Below are positions 52,427-63,577 of a DNA stretch of 64,000 nucleotides, piece by piece. The notes beneath the pieces were generated by a model, which saw only the letters and a list, made by a program, of their open reading frames with translations, had not been told where the DNA came from and searched no databases. The DNA is from an uncultured delta proteobacterium (GTDB lineage Bacteria; Desulfobacterota; Desulfomonilia; Desulfomonilales; Desulfomonilaceae). The position numbers and the translations under genes were made by a program. Position 1 is the stretch's first letter. Each line of letters begins with the position of its first letter. The DNA is taken from contig CAWBKB010000007.1 in assembly GCA_963789265.1 (NCBI GenBank), forward strand, positions 96,001 through 160,000. Direction: 5' to 3'.

Positions 52427-53194
52427 GTGAGCGCTCCAGAGAAATTTGCTCAGTGGATGGACTCTCACGAGCATACGGACAAGCATGGTCACGTTTACCG
52501 CTATCACCCCAGGAGCAACCAGCATTCGTTAGTCCTCTGCGAGTATATCGTTGAAGACTTACTTGAGGATTGCACTATCCTAGAAGAGCAAGCAGCGCAA
52601 GGTCTTGTAGCTTATGGAGTAGACTTGAAGCATGTATGGGAAAATTCTAGCAAGGCTAAGACCATAGATCTTGCCCTGGGAATTCCAAAGGAGCCTATCG
52701 CAGAGGTCCGGGGGAAAATAGCTAAAGTAAAGAATTTGAGAGAAGTATTAGTTTCTTGCGAAGCGAAATCCTGTATGACGGAACACGGAAAATCCCAACC
52801 GAGAATCTATGATGAACTTAGTTCTTCCCATGAAATCGTTCATAAGGGCAACAACGATGCTATTGCCGCTGGTATTGCTGTCGTCAACATAGCGGCTCGA
52901 TTTGCCTCTCCGTTGCGCCAAGGCAGTACGAATGCCATTCATTTCTCAAATCACATTCAGCCGAGGGTGACTGAAAGAATGGTAGAACACTTGAGGGGTC
53001 TACCGCTTCGCCTGCGAAGCGAAGATGTTGGCTTTGATGCTTACTGCACGGTAGTTATCAATTGTGACAATATTCATGGGGCTACCTTATGGGAAGATCC
53101 ACCAGCTCCACAGCCTGGGGACTGGGATCATTATGATAGCTTTTTGCAAAGGATAAGCCAGTTTTACGAGGAGCGTTTTTCTGATCTCAGTTAA
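52427..53194 (+). CDS. Putative type II restriction endonuclease (PD-(D/E)XK)
   Basis: TIDLALG...SCEAKS; convergent with and overlapping the MTase gene. Confidence 0.7.
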   Translation: MSAPEKFAQWMDSHEHTDKHGHVYRYHPRSNQHSLVLCEYIVEDLLEDCTILEEQAAQGLVAYGVDLKHVWENSSKAKTIDLALGIPKEPIAEVRGKIAKVKNLREVLVSCEAKSCMTEHGKSQPRIYDELSSSHEIVHKGNNDAIAAGIAVVNIAARFASPLRQGSTNAIHFSNHIQPRVTERMVEHLRGLPLRLRSEDVGFDAYCTVVINCDNIHGATLWEDPPAPQPGDWDHYDSFLQRISQFYEERFSDLS

Positions 53195-54107
53195 TCTCAA
53201 TTTCAGGTACGCGACCGAACAATTTGGCCTGCTTAGATATTTCCATCATTACCCGCTCCGTTCCCTTTTGAAAGTACTCGGGATCTAATTCGTTTGAAAT
53301 GCTATTTCGATACGCCTGAGCAGCGGCCAGAACGGTTGAGAATGTTCCGGCGAAGGGGTCTAGCACGGTGTCTTTCACAAACGAAAACATGCGAATCAAG
53401 CGATAGGCTAACTCGACCGGAAAAGGAGCCGGGTGATTTTTAGTAGAGGCTCCCTGTAAATCGGTCCAAAACGCCCTGAACCATTGACTGTGTTCTTTCT
53501 TACTTAGCATAGAAAGTCGTCGTTGTTCTTGTGTAGGCTTTCGATACCCTCCCGGTTTTCGTAACATCAAAATGTACTCGATATCATTCTTGATTATTGC
53601 ATTCGGTTCGTATGGTTTCCCTAAAAATGAAGATCCATTCTCTATTTCATAGCTTGCATTAGCGATTTTGTGCCACAGGATAGGAGTGAGGTAATCAAAG
53701 CCAATCTTACGAGATCGTACGGAAATATCGGCGTGAAGCGGGACTACTTGATGTCGCCCTTTGTTTCTCCGGCGCGCTAAACATACATCCCCCACTACAC
53801 AAACAACGCGCCCTCCCTCCACTAGTACCCTATAGCAATGCTCCCACACCTTATTAAGTTCATTCATGAATTCTTCGTAATCAATGACACCGCCTAATTG
53901 CCCTTCATAATCGTTGTATTTCTTGAGAGTCCAATAAGGCGGGGACGTCACTACAAGATGAACAGAATTGTCAGGTATCCATTGGAGCTCTCTTGCATCG
54001 CCCTTGTGAAGTTGGTGGACAGTGAGAATATTTTCGAGTTCCCTCATCTCCGGTCTTTCGGACGAAAGAGGGGCTATCTCTTGCATAGTGCTCGTACTAA
54101 TTTTCAT
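53187..54107 (-). CDS. Beta-class amino DNA methyltransferase (probably m4C)
   Basis: VTSPPY precedes HPAPFP and VLDPFAGT. Confidence 0.93.
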   Translation of the reverse strand: MKISTSTMQEIAPLSSERPEMRELENILTVHQLHKGDARELQWIPDNSVHLVVTSPPYWTLKKYNDYEGQLGGVIDYEEFMNELNKVWEHCYRVLVEGGRVVCVVGDVCLARRRNKGRHQVVPLHADISVRSRKIGFDYLTPILWHKIANASYEIENGSSFLGKPYEPNAIIKNDIEYILMLRKPGGYRKPTQEQRRLSMLSKKEHSQWFRAFWTDLQGASTKNHPAPFPVELAYRLIRMFSFVKDTVLDPFAGTFSTVLAAAQAYRNSISNELDPEYFQKGTERVMMEISKQAKLFGRVPEIEIN

Positions 54108-54133
54108 CGTCAGGTTCTCCCCACGAACTTATC

Positions 54134-55036
54134 CTACTCAGCTTGTTCATCCTCTTGCAAGAAAGGCATTTCTTCTTGCTGAGGCTCGTTCCTAAATGCC
54201 CGCCGAAATAATCGCTCAAAGACAGGCCAGTTAGGAGCTGCACGCATTAAAGTAGTGACAGAAGCGATTTGTCTCTCTAAGTGAGGATTACCAATATCCT
54301 CTGTGAGAAATTGAAAAAATTTGTGTTTCCGCCGCCCCTTGTGGTCTTTTGGATTCTTGTGCCGTAGTTCGTCTAGCACCCCCGGCGGCAACTGCTGGTA
54401 AACAAGTTCGTTCGTCAACTTACCTACGTACTTAGGGCGCTTCACAGACAGAGGGCTATAGTTCCATCCACGCAGTCGAAAGAGCTGTCGATAAAATTCA
54501 TCAGGGAAGCGCTTTGCCCATGGCAATAATTCCTCTGAGATGTATAAGGCTAGAATTTTGTAGAGTTCGTTGCGATCACGTTCATATTGGTAGCCTGTTG
54601 CTTCGTCTACCAACGCGATGATTCCGACTCTAGCGAATCCTCTAACAAGAATTTCACAGTGTTCTGCGATGACCTCTTGCTTATCTGTTAGGCCACCAGA
54701 TTTGCGAGCGGCCAAGACAGCATCACAAATATCAGCTAGAATCGTAGCTTCGTACCCGACAGCAAGCTTCCCCCCTCGTCCGGGACGAACAAAACGAATC
54801 GGATTTGACAATGCCATGGCTAACGTATCGTTAATAAACGGAATTAATGTTTTTTGGGCTAAGAATTCCTTTAAAAGACCCCCATGGCGTTGACCTAATG
54901 CTAAAGCGCCTTGCATTCCGCGGCCAGACAAGACCCGCATGCCATTTTCCAGGACATAACAAGGAAGCTCAAGGTTGCCGATTCTGAGTGGTCTATCAGG
55001 AGATCCGTGTGTTGCTCTAAGAGGTTTGGCATTCAT
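54134..55036 (-). CDS. P63C domain protein
   Basis: LPCYVLENGMRVLS, ALVDEATGYQ, WAKRFPDEFY, FQFLTEDIG. Confidence 0.9.
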   Translation of the reverse strand: MNAKPLRATHGSPDRPLRIGNLELPCYVLENGMRVLSGRGMQGALALGQRHGGLLKEFLAQKTLIPFINDTLAMALSNPIRFVRPGRGGKLAVGYEATILADICDAVLAARKSGGLTDKQEVIAEHCEILVRGFARVGIIALVDEATGYQYERDRNELYKILALYISEELLPWAKRFPDEFYRQLFRLRGWNYSPLSVKRPKYVGKLTNELVYQQLPPGVLDELRHKNPKDHKGRRKHKFFQFLTEDIGNPHLERQIASVTTLMRAAPNWPVFERLFRRAFRNEPQQEEMPFLQEDEQAE

Positions 55037-55902
55037 ATTGTCGCTCCCACAGCCCTACTCAGCGTCAATCCGAACACATCCTCATCGTTCCTGTGGTTGA
55101 AACGATAGCAGAATTCATCGACATACTTAGGAAGATAACGGGCGCTGACCTTGTGATACTGACCAACGATTCCTCTCTTCAGAATTGCCCAAAAACTCTC
55201 CATGTTGTTCGTGTGGATGTTTCCGCAGACATAGGCTACCTGATGATTAACCGTTTCATGCTTTACAAAGTATTTGAGTCTGCAATACCCAGAGAATTCG
55301 TCGGTCATGACCGTTGCACCTTCGATCTGCACTTTCTCTCTGATGAAACGGGCAAGAGACTTAGATTTGAGGTCCTTCGCTACTTTTGCTTTGACTCTGC
55401 CACTACGTTCTATCACGCCCACCACAGGAATTTTGGCCGTGCCGCGACCGCGTTTACTTCCTGAAGGTCCCCTATCGTTGCCCTTTCTCGGCTTTCCACC
55501 TACGTATGTTTCATCGGCTTCTACGATGCCCTTCAGAAGTTCCCCATGCTCAATCATAGCTTTACGGATTCTCATGCCCATGTACCAAGCCGTGTTCTTG
55601 TTCACTTCGATGTCACGGGCGAGTTGTCGGCTGCTAATACCTTTCTTTGCGTTCAAGACTAAAGAGATCGCCAGGAACCACTTTTGAAGGTCTAGTTTCG
55701 TGTCATGGAAAATGGTGTTGACTGTGACGCTGTATGAGGTATTGCAGTTATAGCAATGGTAACGGTGTTCTTTTGGAAGCGCGCTCGCTTTGTCAGATCC
55801 ACAATAAGGGCAACGCGGTCCCCCCGGCCAACGGACCCCTTCAAGATGGGTTATACAGTCATCATGTGTCGGATATTGCTTGTAAATTTCGAAGATGTTC
55901 AT
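55033..55902 (-). CDS. IS1595 family transposase
   Basis: Zn ribbon CPYCG...CYNC; GIVEADETYVGG; MTDE; HTNNMESFW; YVDEFCYRFN. Confidence 0.95.
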   Translation of the reverse strand: MNIFEIYKQYPTHDDCITHLEGVRWPGGPRCPYCGSDKASALPKEHRYHCYNCNTSYSVTVNTIFHDTKLDLQKWFLAISLVLNAKKGISSRQLARDIEVNKNTAWYMGMRIRKAMIEHGELLKGIVEADETYVGGKPRKGNDRGPSGSKRGRGTAKIPVVGVIERSGRVKAKVAKDLKSKSLARFIREKVQIEGATVMTDEFSGYCRLKYFVKHETVNHQVAYVCGNIHTNNMESFWAILKRGIVGQYHKVSARYLPKYVDEFCYRFNHRNDEDVFGLTLSRAVGATI

Positions 55903-58900
55903 GGCAGCCTCCGAAACTTGTTACCTTTATCTAGGTACAAAGTATCAGAGACCGAACACTATGTCAAGAGAACAGAGTTACCGTTAGCTAATACATTCCG
56001 ATTTTTTGAAGGACCTTCGGAACCTGAGCCCGAGCCGGATACGGGTGATCGCATCTTTCCCCGCTGGCCCGCCGGACGCTATTTAATTAGAATGGCAGAA
56101 GTGAAACCCCGCGAAGTCATGGACATCATTTTGGTGGTCAATGACAAACACAATCCCTATGTTCAATGGGCTTTGATAGAAGCCGCAACCAAAATGCCTC
56201 CCGAGGAAGCGGCCAGGTTAGTGCCAAAAGTCAAAGGGTGGCTGGAAATTCGCCGGAATAGGCTTCTGATGCCGGAATGTGCAGACTTGGTAGAGCACCT
56301 TGCGCGTGGCGGATGCACTGACGAATCATCAGACCTCGTACGAGAATTACTTTCTGTCTCGCCTTTTGACGACGAGTCCTTTTCATCGTCGCTCTCGGTG
56401 TGGGATTACAATAACGTCATCACGAAAATTGCTCCCACACTTATCGACGTTTCTGGATTACAGGCACTGCGATTGTTTTGCGACCTGCTGGACCAAGCAC
56501 TGAACCTTGCATGCGGAAATTCGGATGAAGAGAGCGGACACGATAACTCTTATAGCTGGCGAGATCGGATCGAGCAGAATCCCGATGGAGGATTTTACGA
56601 GTTGCAGAATGCTTTTGTTACCGGAGTTCGCGATTGTGCGGCCAGATTAATCCGAAATGATCCACGCCTGACGTCATCCGTTATCGATGAATTGGAAGTC
56701 CGAAGTTGGTTAGTTTTTCACCGACTGGCTCTCCACACGCTCTGTGAATCCGTTCAAGGGTCTCTGGAACTCGTCGTCAAACGGTTGAAAGAATTCAGCC
56801 GATATGACAACCCCCACTTCCGCAATGAATACTATCGACTGGCCCGCACCGCCTTCCCGCTGCTCGACCCATCGGACCGCTGCGAACTGTTGACCGCGAT
56901 TCAAGCCGGTCCCGACATTGGGGAAGTTCGGAGGTGGTTAGAAGAGAGCGGCCAACAAATTACCGATGAGGCGGTGCAACTGGAAGTCAGAAGACAGGTA
57001 AGAAACCGTCTTGGAGACCTGAGAACAGTACCTGAATGAATCGGAGACATCCTTCTTGGATGAACTGGAAAGGGAATTCGGTCCCGCCGTGCCGCTGGTA
57101 ATCCCCCTTAGGGACTATTTTACCTGGGGTTCATCTGAGCCCGAAGAGGCGCGCGAATTGGAATCGATGGCCGTGGAGGACATCGTGTCCTTGTTGGCAG
57201 GTTGGGGTCCCTCGGATGGTGACCCGCGTAGATCGCCAGACAGATTCGGGAGAAGGCTGACCCAAGCGATAGCAAACGACCCGGAGAAGTTTGCGAGAGA
57301 CGCTCAACGGTTTCAACAGGTCGATCCTACCTACATTAGGCATGCATTTCAGGGGTTCAGGCAGGCACTGGCGCTCAAAGAACCTCGACTCTTTACCTGG
57401 GACAACGTGATTTCCCTGTGCGATTGGGTCGTGAGTCAAGGCAGAGAAATCGTCGGGCGGGCGGTCAAGACCTTTTACTGGGACGAGAATTGGGCCAACA
57501 GCAGAAGGGAAATCCTCGATCTTGTTGATGCAGGATTGAGGAACCCCCAGGGAGGAATACCTTTCCATCTCAGGGACCGGTTATGGTGTGTTTTAAAGCC
57601 ACTGACAACGGACCCGGAGCCGACTACTGAAGACGAGATTGACATGCTCAGGGAGCGGCAAGATCCCGCACCGCTAGTGGGGGAAGGCTTCACCGGCTTT
57701 GGTCATCATCCCGGTGACATGGCCATTAATGGTGTTCGCTGCCTCGCCATCACAACAGTGGTCTCGTACGGCATGTGGGTCAGGCGAAACATGTGCCAGA
57801 CCGAAATCCCGGATCAGGGGCCAAAGCCGGGGTTCGAAGAAATGCCAGAGGTCAGGGAAGTTCTCGACTACCACCTTGAGCCCCAAAATGACAGCTCCAT
57901 CGGTGTAGCATACGTGTACGGTAGGGAATTTCGCTCTCTCTATGTCCTAGACAGCGATTGGGCGCAAGAAAACAAGGCTCGAATATTTTCCAGAGCAGAA
58001 GGGCTCCGGGAGCGCGGCGCAGCCGCTTGGGAAGGCTTCTTACTGAATGGACCTACCTACTCAGATGCCTTCACCGTGTTGGAGGAGCAATACGCGCAAG
58101 CTGTTGAAGAGTTAGGAAGACCGGCCAGCGAAACAGGACATTTTGTCAATCTCGATCTCCGTCTCGGCCAGCGCCTCTGCGAACTTTATCTCTCGGCCAA
58201 GATTCCTCTGGGTACTCCGGGGTCTATTTGGGAACGATTCTTCGAGAAGGCTGGCGACGAAGTTGTTGGAAAACTCATTTTGTCCATTGGATGGACGCTT
58301 TTCGAGAAGGAAGCGTCTTCCGGGCAGTGGCTCGACAAGTTACGAATACTTTGGGAATGCAGGTTGCGTCAGATCGCCTTAGATGGCGATGCGACGAAGC
58401 ACAGGAATGAACTGAGGGCCTTCGGTCCTTGGTTTGGTAGCGGCAAGTTTGATAGCGAATGGGCTTTGACAAGACTACGTGAAGTGCTCGTGGTAAATAG
58501 TGAGGTCGAGGCCGCTGACCGTGTTGTCAATCGGCTCGCGCTTCTAGTAACCAAATTTCCGGTAAGGGCTGTGGAATGCACTATCCTTCTTGTCAGAGAG
58601 GCTACGAAACACTGGATGCTGGATTCCTGGCGAGAAGATTTGCAAAGAATTGTTTCGGCCGCAAGGAATACGGAGGATCAGCAGGTGCTGCAGAAGTGTA
58701 AGGAGCTAAAAAACATTCTGGTATCCAAAGGGCTCACCGAATTCGCTTGATCCGTTAGATGAACCTGGGAAATGCATCCGTGTGCCCTTCAGTCCTTGAC
58801 CTGGTCCATGCAGCGAATACAAGCCCACATTTCGCGACGCGGCAGTAGTGAAGCTGCATCCGGCGAGATCGGCACATCTGCTCACAACGAGACCAGAGAG

Positions 58901-58929
58901 GAACTTGTAGATAGCGTAAATGGTGATAT

Positions 58930-59327
58930 CGTACGAGTTCCTTTCTTCTGCCCTGGAGCCTGATGAGCGACTGGCTCCTAGGAAGGTTCCGGATTTGTCC
59001 TATTTTGAAAAATCCATACAAATATTGTAGCCTTTCGAAGCGTTTCTCTCTGAGTTTCAGAATGAAATCGATCTCCACGGGTACGATCGCCAGCGAGCCA
59101 TTCCCAAATTCGACAAGCCGGCCATCATAAGAGGCTTTCATTACCTGGACGAGGGCATGGCCCGTTCAATCGGAGGGATAGATTATTGCCTCAAAGCGCC
59201 GGCCTGGAAGGTTGAAAGATTTTGCGAAGGTGTCTTGATTCGTCTGGTTCCCGGTCTTTTTGACCCCACGAATCCGGAGCATCTCAAAATCCAGCGGCAA
59301 GCCATGAAGTACTTAAAATTGCTGTGA
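58930..59327 (+). pseudogene. Degraded immunity-protein-like gene (absent from the ORF track)
   Basis: Manual translation: ...QIL*PFEAF...IRGFHYLDEGMARSIGGIDYCLKAPAWKVERFCEGVLIRLVPGLFDPTNPEHLKIQRQAMKYLKLL*. Confidence 0.45.
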
Positions 59328-59341
59328 GAATATTGATTGGC

Positions 59342-60253
59342 TTAACTATCGGCCGGGACCAGCCTCTGATCGCTCATAACCATGTCGGCAAACGCGCTTT
59401 TATAGGGAGGAAATCTCCTGTTCTTTCTTGCCACAAGCGCTACGTGATCCGGTTCGAAATAATGAGACAGAGGAATAAATTCCAATTTCCTGTGCCTCAG
59501 TATCGGCAAATCTCCTACCACTGTCGCGAAAGCCACACCCAATCCCATTTCAACGTACAAAGAACTCAGATCGACATTGGAAGATTCCATGATGACGTGA
59601 TAGTCAAGGCCGAGGCTCTGAAGCCGCTCTTCCAACATCAAGCGGCCGGCATATTCCGGGTTCTTGGGCGGCAATATAAGCGGATGTTTGACGATCTCAC
59701 CCAATGTGACTCGTCGGTTGCCGCTCAGGGGATGCCCCATCGGGGTCATCAGAACCGTATCAACCTTGACCCATCTCCCGAAAAGCAACTCGCGGGGTGT
59801 TGACGATTCGAGAGCAAATCCAAAGTCAATGTCACCACTCTTTACAAGCTCGATCACCTTCTGCTGCGGACGATCGAGTATGGTCAACTGCACGTGAGGG
59901 AATCGTCCCAAATAAGCTTTCAGCTTCTCCGGAAACAAGTGGTAAAGCGTGGTGAAGGGCGCTGCTATCTTCAGGGCTCCCTTTTGAATTCCTTTGAGCG
60001 CATTCAATGATTGCTTGAGCCACTCATGGTTTTCCAAAATCTCTTCCGCGAATTTTAGAAATTCCTCTCCTGCGGGCGTCAACTGAAGTTTTCTCTTGCC
60101 TATTCTTTCAAAGAGCTGGCAATCCAACTCTTCTTCCAGGGCCTTGATTTGCTGGCTTAATGCCGACTGGGTCCTGAATGTGGCTTCAGCGGCTCTGGTG
60201 AAATTACTCAGCCTGGCCGCGTGATAGAATCCGATTATTTGCTGCCATTCCAT
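59342..60253 (-). CDS. LysR family transcriptional regulator
   Basis: NFTRAAEATFRTQSALSQQIKALEEELDCQLFER. Confidence 0.95.
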   Translation of the reverse strand: MEWQQIIGFYHAARLSNFTRAAEATFRTQSALSQQIKALEEELDCQLFERIGKRKLQLTPAGEEFLKFAEEILENHEWLKQSLNALKGIQKGALKIAAPFTTLYHLFPEKLKAYLGRFPHVQLTILDRPQQKVIELVKSGDIDFGFALESSTPRELLFGRWVKVDTVLMTPMGHPLSGNRRVTLGEIVKHPLILPPKNPEYAGRLMLEERLQSLGLDYHVIMESSNVDLSSLYVEMGLGVAFATVVGDLPILRHRKLEFIPLSHYFEPDHVALVARKNRRFPPYKSAFADMVMSDQRLVPADS

Positions 60254-60366
60254 GTCTAATAAGCTCTCCTGATGATGATAATTAGATATATTAATTTTAC
60301 TTATTTAAGTAACACGCATACAAATTAACTTCAAGCAGGAACATCACCAGTAACGGAGCCAATGAC

Positions 60367-60792
60367 ATGAAGGACACATTGAAACCCGGTTTGACCTTTC
60401 AGTTCAGGTACAAAGTCCCGGCAGACAAAACCGTGCCTTGCCTGTTACCGGAATCTTCGGAATTCCAGTTGATGCCGCAAGTTCTGGCCACCGGATATAT
60501 GGTCGGGCTGATCGAATGGGCTTGCATTCAGGCCGTAAATCCTCACTTGGATTGGCCGCGCGAACAAACAGTGGGCATTGGTGTCAATGTGACTCACTCG
60601 GCTGCCACCCCGCCAGGGCTGACTGTGACCGTGAATGTAAAACTGGAGAAGGTTGAAGGCCGGAAACTGACTTTTTCTCTATCGGCCGATGATGGTCAGG
60701 ACACGATTTCAGAGGGAACCCACGAGCGATTTGTGATCGACGTCGCCAAATTTAACGCCAAAATGTCCCGGAAGCTCGGGCACGGTAAGTGA
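60367..60792 (+). CDS. FlK-like hot-dog thioesterase
   Basis: VLATGYMVGLIEWAC...TVG..VNVTHSAATPPG...GTHER. Confidence 0.9.
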   Translation: MKDTLKPGLTFQFRYKVPADKTVPCLLPESSEFQLMPQVLATGYMVGLIEWACIQAVNPHLDWPREQTVGIGVNVTHSAATPPGLTVTVNVKLEKVEGRKLTFSLSADDGQDTISEGTHERFVIDVAKFNAKMSRKLGHGK

Positions 60793-61057
60793 TACTTTGT
60801 GCATACTAATCTTGAACGGCAATGGTTCACCGCGGAGCACGCAGAGACCGCAAAGAATTCTGTTTATCTACACGTCCACGCGAATGGGCGCGACTAATTC
60901 CAGCCTGTAAAGTGATTGCAGTTCCGGCTTGGCTGCACACGCCGATGAATCACGCGGCGCCGAATAAACTATCTTCTTCTCTTCGTTCTCGGCGCATCCC
61001 GCTTCTCGCGGGACGGTGACCCCGCGTGGGCCGCGGGATTGATTGCCCGCCGAACGA

Positions 61058-61909
61058 TTATCCGCCCAGCAACGAATCCACCATGTCCTTAACCTGGCCT
61101 ACCATTTTGGGATCGACGCCTGTTCGGAATCCTTTCGACTCTATATTTTCCACTGCCCGCTCAGTAGAGATATTACCCGCGGCCCCGGGGATAAAAGGGC
61201 AGCCGCCCAATCCGCCCACTGACGTGTCGAATCGTCGCACCCCCATTTCCAGCCCCGCATAAAGATTCGCTATGCCCAAGCCTCTGGTATCGTGAAGATG
61301 GAGCGCCAGTCGATCAAGTCCTACCCAAGCTCCAACAGACTCAACCATCCGCTTGATGTCGTCCGGGTGAGCCATTCCCACGGTATCCGCGAGCCCGATT
61401 TCATCCGGAGAGCTTGCCTCGAGTGCTGCGATAATCTCCGCCACGCGCTTAATCGGTACAATCCCTTCGTAGAAACATCCGAACGCACACATAACGCCCG
61501 CTGTAACCCCTATCCCATGCTTCGCCGCGGACTGAGTGATCGCGTCTGCGGATTTCAATGCTTTCGCCACGGTAACACCGGAATTCTTGAGGCTGTGCGT
61601 TTCCGACGCGGACACGGAAACTTCGACATGGGGGACCCTTAAAGCTATGGCCTGTTCAACCCCGCGGTGATTCAGCACCAGAACACTGTACCTCACATCT
61701 TGCTTTGTTCTGACGAGCTTCCACACCTTGTCGGTCTCCGCCATCTGGGGGACTCGACGAGGGTTGACAAAAGAGCCGATCTGGATGCGAGGCAAGCCGG
61801 CATCGACGAGGCGCTCGATCACGCCGGCTCTGCTCTCGGGAGTCAGGATCGCCGCTTCGTTCTGCAAACCGTCTCTGGGGCCGACTTCTTGGATATAAAC
61901 GCTGCTCAC
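61058..61909 (-). CDS. Hydroxymethylglutaryl-CoA lyase
   Basis: EVGPRDGLQNE, LADTVG, LHLHDTRG, GGLGGCPF..GAAGNISTE. Confidence 0.93.
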   Translation of the reverse strand: MSSVYIQEVGPRDGLQNEAAILTPESRAGVIERLVDAGLPRIQIGSFVNPRRVPQMAETDKVWKLVRTKQDVRYSVLVLNHRGVEQAIALRVPHVEVSVSASETHSLKNSGVTVAKALKSADAITQSAAKHGIGVTAGVMCAFGCFYEGIVPIKRVAEIIAALEASSPDEIGLADTVGMAHPDDIKRMVESVGAWVGLDRLALHLHDTRGLGIANLYAGLEMGVRRFDTSVGGLGGCPFIPGAAGNISTERAVENIESKGFRTGVDPKMVGQVKDMVDSLLGG

Positions 61910-62247
61910 GCTTTCGACTTCCTCCGAGAGTTATTCTCCGTCCGCCTGTCCCGTTGTCCTCCCGCAAAACCGGACCAACGAAATCTCGGCCACTGGCGGG
62001 CGCATCGAACGTGCGGGAACCTGGACCAACCGAATGTGTCTCAACAGTTTACTCTATGACGACCACTCCGGGAAGCGCAGGAGGCTGTCAAGTCCACAGC
62101 GATTTGCCGGCGGTGGAAACGGGGCACAGTAAGCCACTTAATCCGAGGCACTTGACACCTGTCAGAGGAAGCGATAAAGGGAACCTCAGCACGGACGTTC
62201 TCGACGGAGAATTTCCGTTTTATTTTTTTATAACCATGGAGGAAGCT

Positions 62248-63334
62248 ATGGAATTCATGGACTTGGTCGCAGACATACCCAGTCCCGAAGAATGCGCCTC
62301 AAGAATATACGATTGCAGTGGGAATAAGTTCGAGCCGGAACTCGCCAGTGAACTATGGCTGAAGATCCTGCAACACAAGTGGTTCTTGTCTGAAACGCTG
62401 GGCCGGGATGTGGGTCTGAAGGTCGCGTGCCTCGACTTGATTGAGAACACGGACTCGATTCGCGATGAACTGGAAAGCGCTCAGAAGAGTCAGTTGCTGA
62501 AGGCGTTGGGCGCTCAGATGGTGGACCGTTCGCTTTGGGACACCATTTCCGAGTCTCAACCCCCTAAACAGATCGTGAACAAGAGAATAGTCCTTCCCCT
62601 GACTGAGCCGGAGTTGGCCCGAAAACACGGGGTCACGCCGCCGCGGACGCTCATCTTCTTCGGACCTCCCGGCACGGGTAAGACACATTTCGCGCGCGAT
62701 CGCGGGCGTTCTTCAGTGGTGGTACGTCGAAGTCAGTCCGAGCAGCCTTATGGCCGATGGGGCAGACCGTGTGGGTGCCAACCTGAAGACCTTTATGGAA
62801 GAGGCTCGGGACCTTGACGAAGTCGTCATGTTCATAGATGAATTCGAGGAGATAGCCGGGAGCCGCGAACAGGCCTCGAGGATCGACAAATCAATCACCA
62901 ACGAATTCCTCAAACAAGTGCCCTTGCTGAAGAGGCAAAGAGGGAAAATCCTCCTGGCATGCGCCACCAATTATATACGCCAGTTGGATGCAGCTCTCCT
63001 CCGGCCGGGCCGATTTGATTGTATCATTCCTGTGGGGGGACTTGATGCTCAAAGCCGAAGAACCATACTTAAACACTTCCTGGCCAAGACCAATCGAGGA
63101 GAAGTGGATGTAGACAAAATAGTGCGGGAGATTCCCTTATTTACGCCGGCTGACATCGAGTATCTCTTCCAGAGAGTTACGCAGGACGCATTCGAGCGAG
63201 AATATGTTAAGGGCGGAGACCATCGTGTTACAACGCAGATGTTCCTCGAGATGATCCCGAAGATGCGCCCAACATTAACACCGGAAATAATCGAAGGTTT
63301 TCGACAGGAATGCCTTGACTACACGCGCTATTAG
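62248..63334 (+). CDS. AAA+ ATPase with a frameshift near 62695
   Basis: FGPPGTGKT then a shifted frame AIAGVLQWWYVEV...FIDEFE...ATN...LLRPGRFD; the shift falls in a GC dinucleotide run. Confidence 0.85.
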
Positions 63335-63577
63335 ACCGATTCGCTTTCAAACAACTGAGAATGGGCCCATAGCAAACGGCACTGACCTGGCGCCATGATG
63401 GTGCTCAGGTCAGTGGCACCCAACATCCAGTCAAGATCGGATCCTGGGTGCCATCCCGCGTCCCGCGGGAGGCTTTGTCAGATCCGTGCTGTATTTTCTT
63501 GATTATTCGCCGTTTGATCGCGCACTGGTATTAGACCGGCACCAACAAAAGCGTACTTGGTATAGTAGAAGGAAAGG

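Larger units (their letters stand above)
52283..56000 (-). mobile_element. IS1595-family element with passenger genes (R-M pair and P63C)
   Basis: TIRs CGGAATGTccTAGaTAACGGTAAC and CGGAATGTatTAGcTAACGGTAAC; 8-bp TSD ATTTTTTG at 52275-52282 and 56001-56008. Confidence 0.93.
51640..58750 (+). pseudogene. Large (~1130 aa) protein with a HEPN-like N-terminus and helical C-terminus, interrupted by IS1595 and a frameshift near 57024
   Basis: Removing the IS and one TSD copy gives in-frame WLPFLSENQFF-EGPSEPEP...RWPAGRYLIRMA; SHIFREIE and LHKYAH motifs. Confidence 0.8.

Noticed and set aside
55756..56008. N-terminus of the 427-aa ORF
   Set aside because: This part is IS sequence read in frame; the host gene resumes at 56009.
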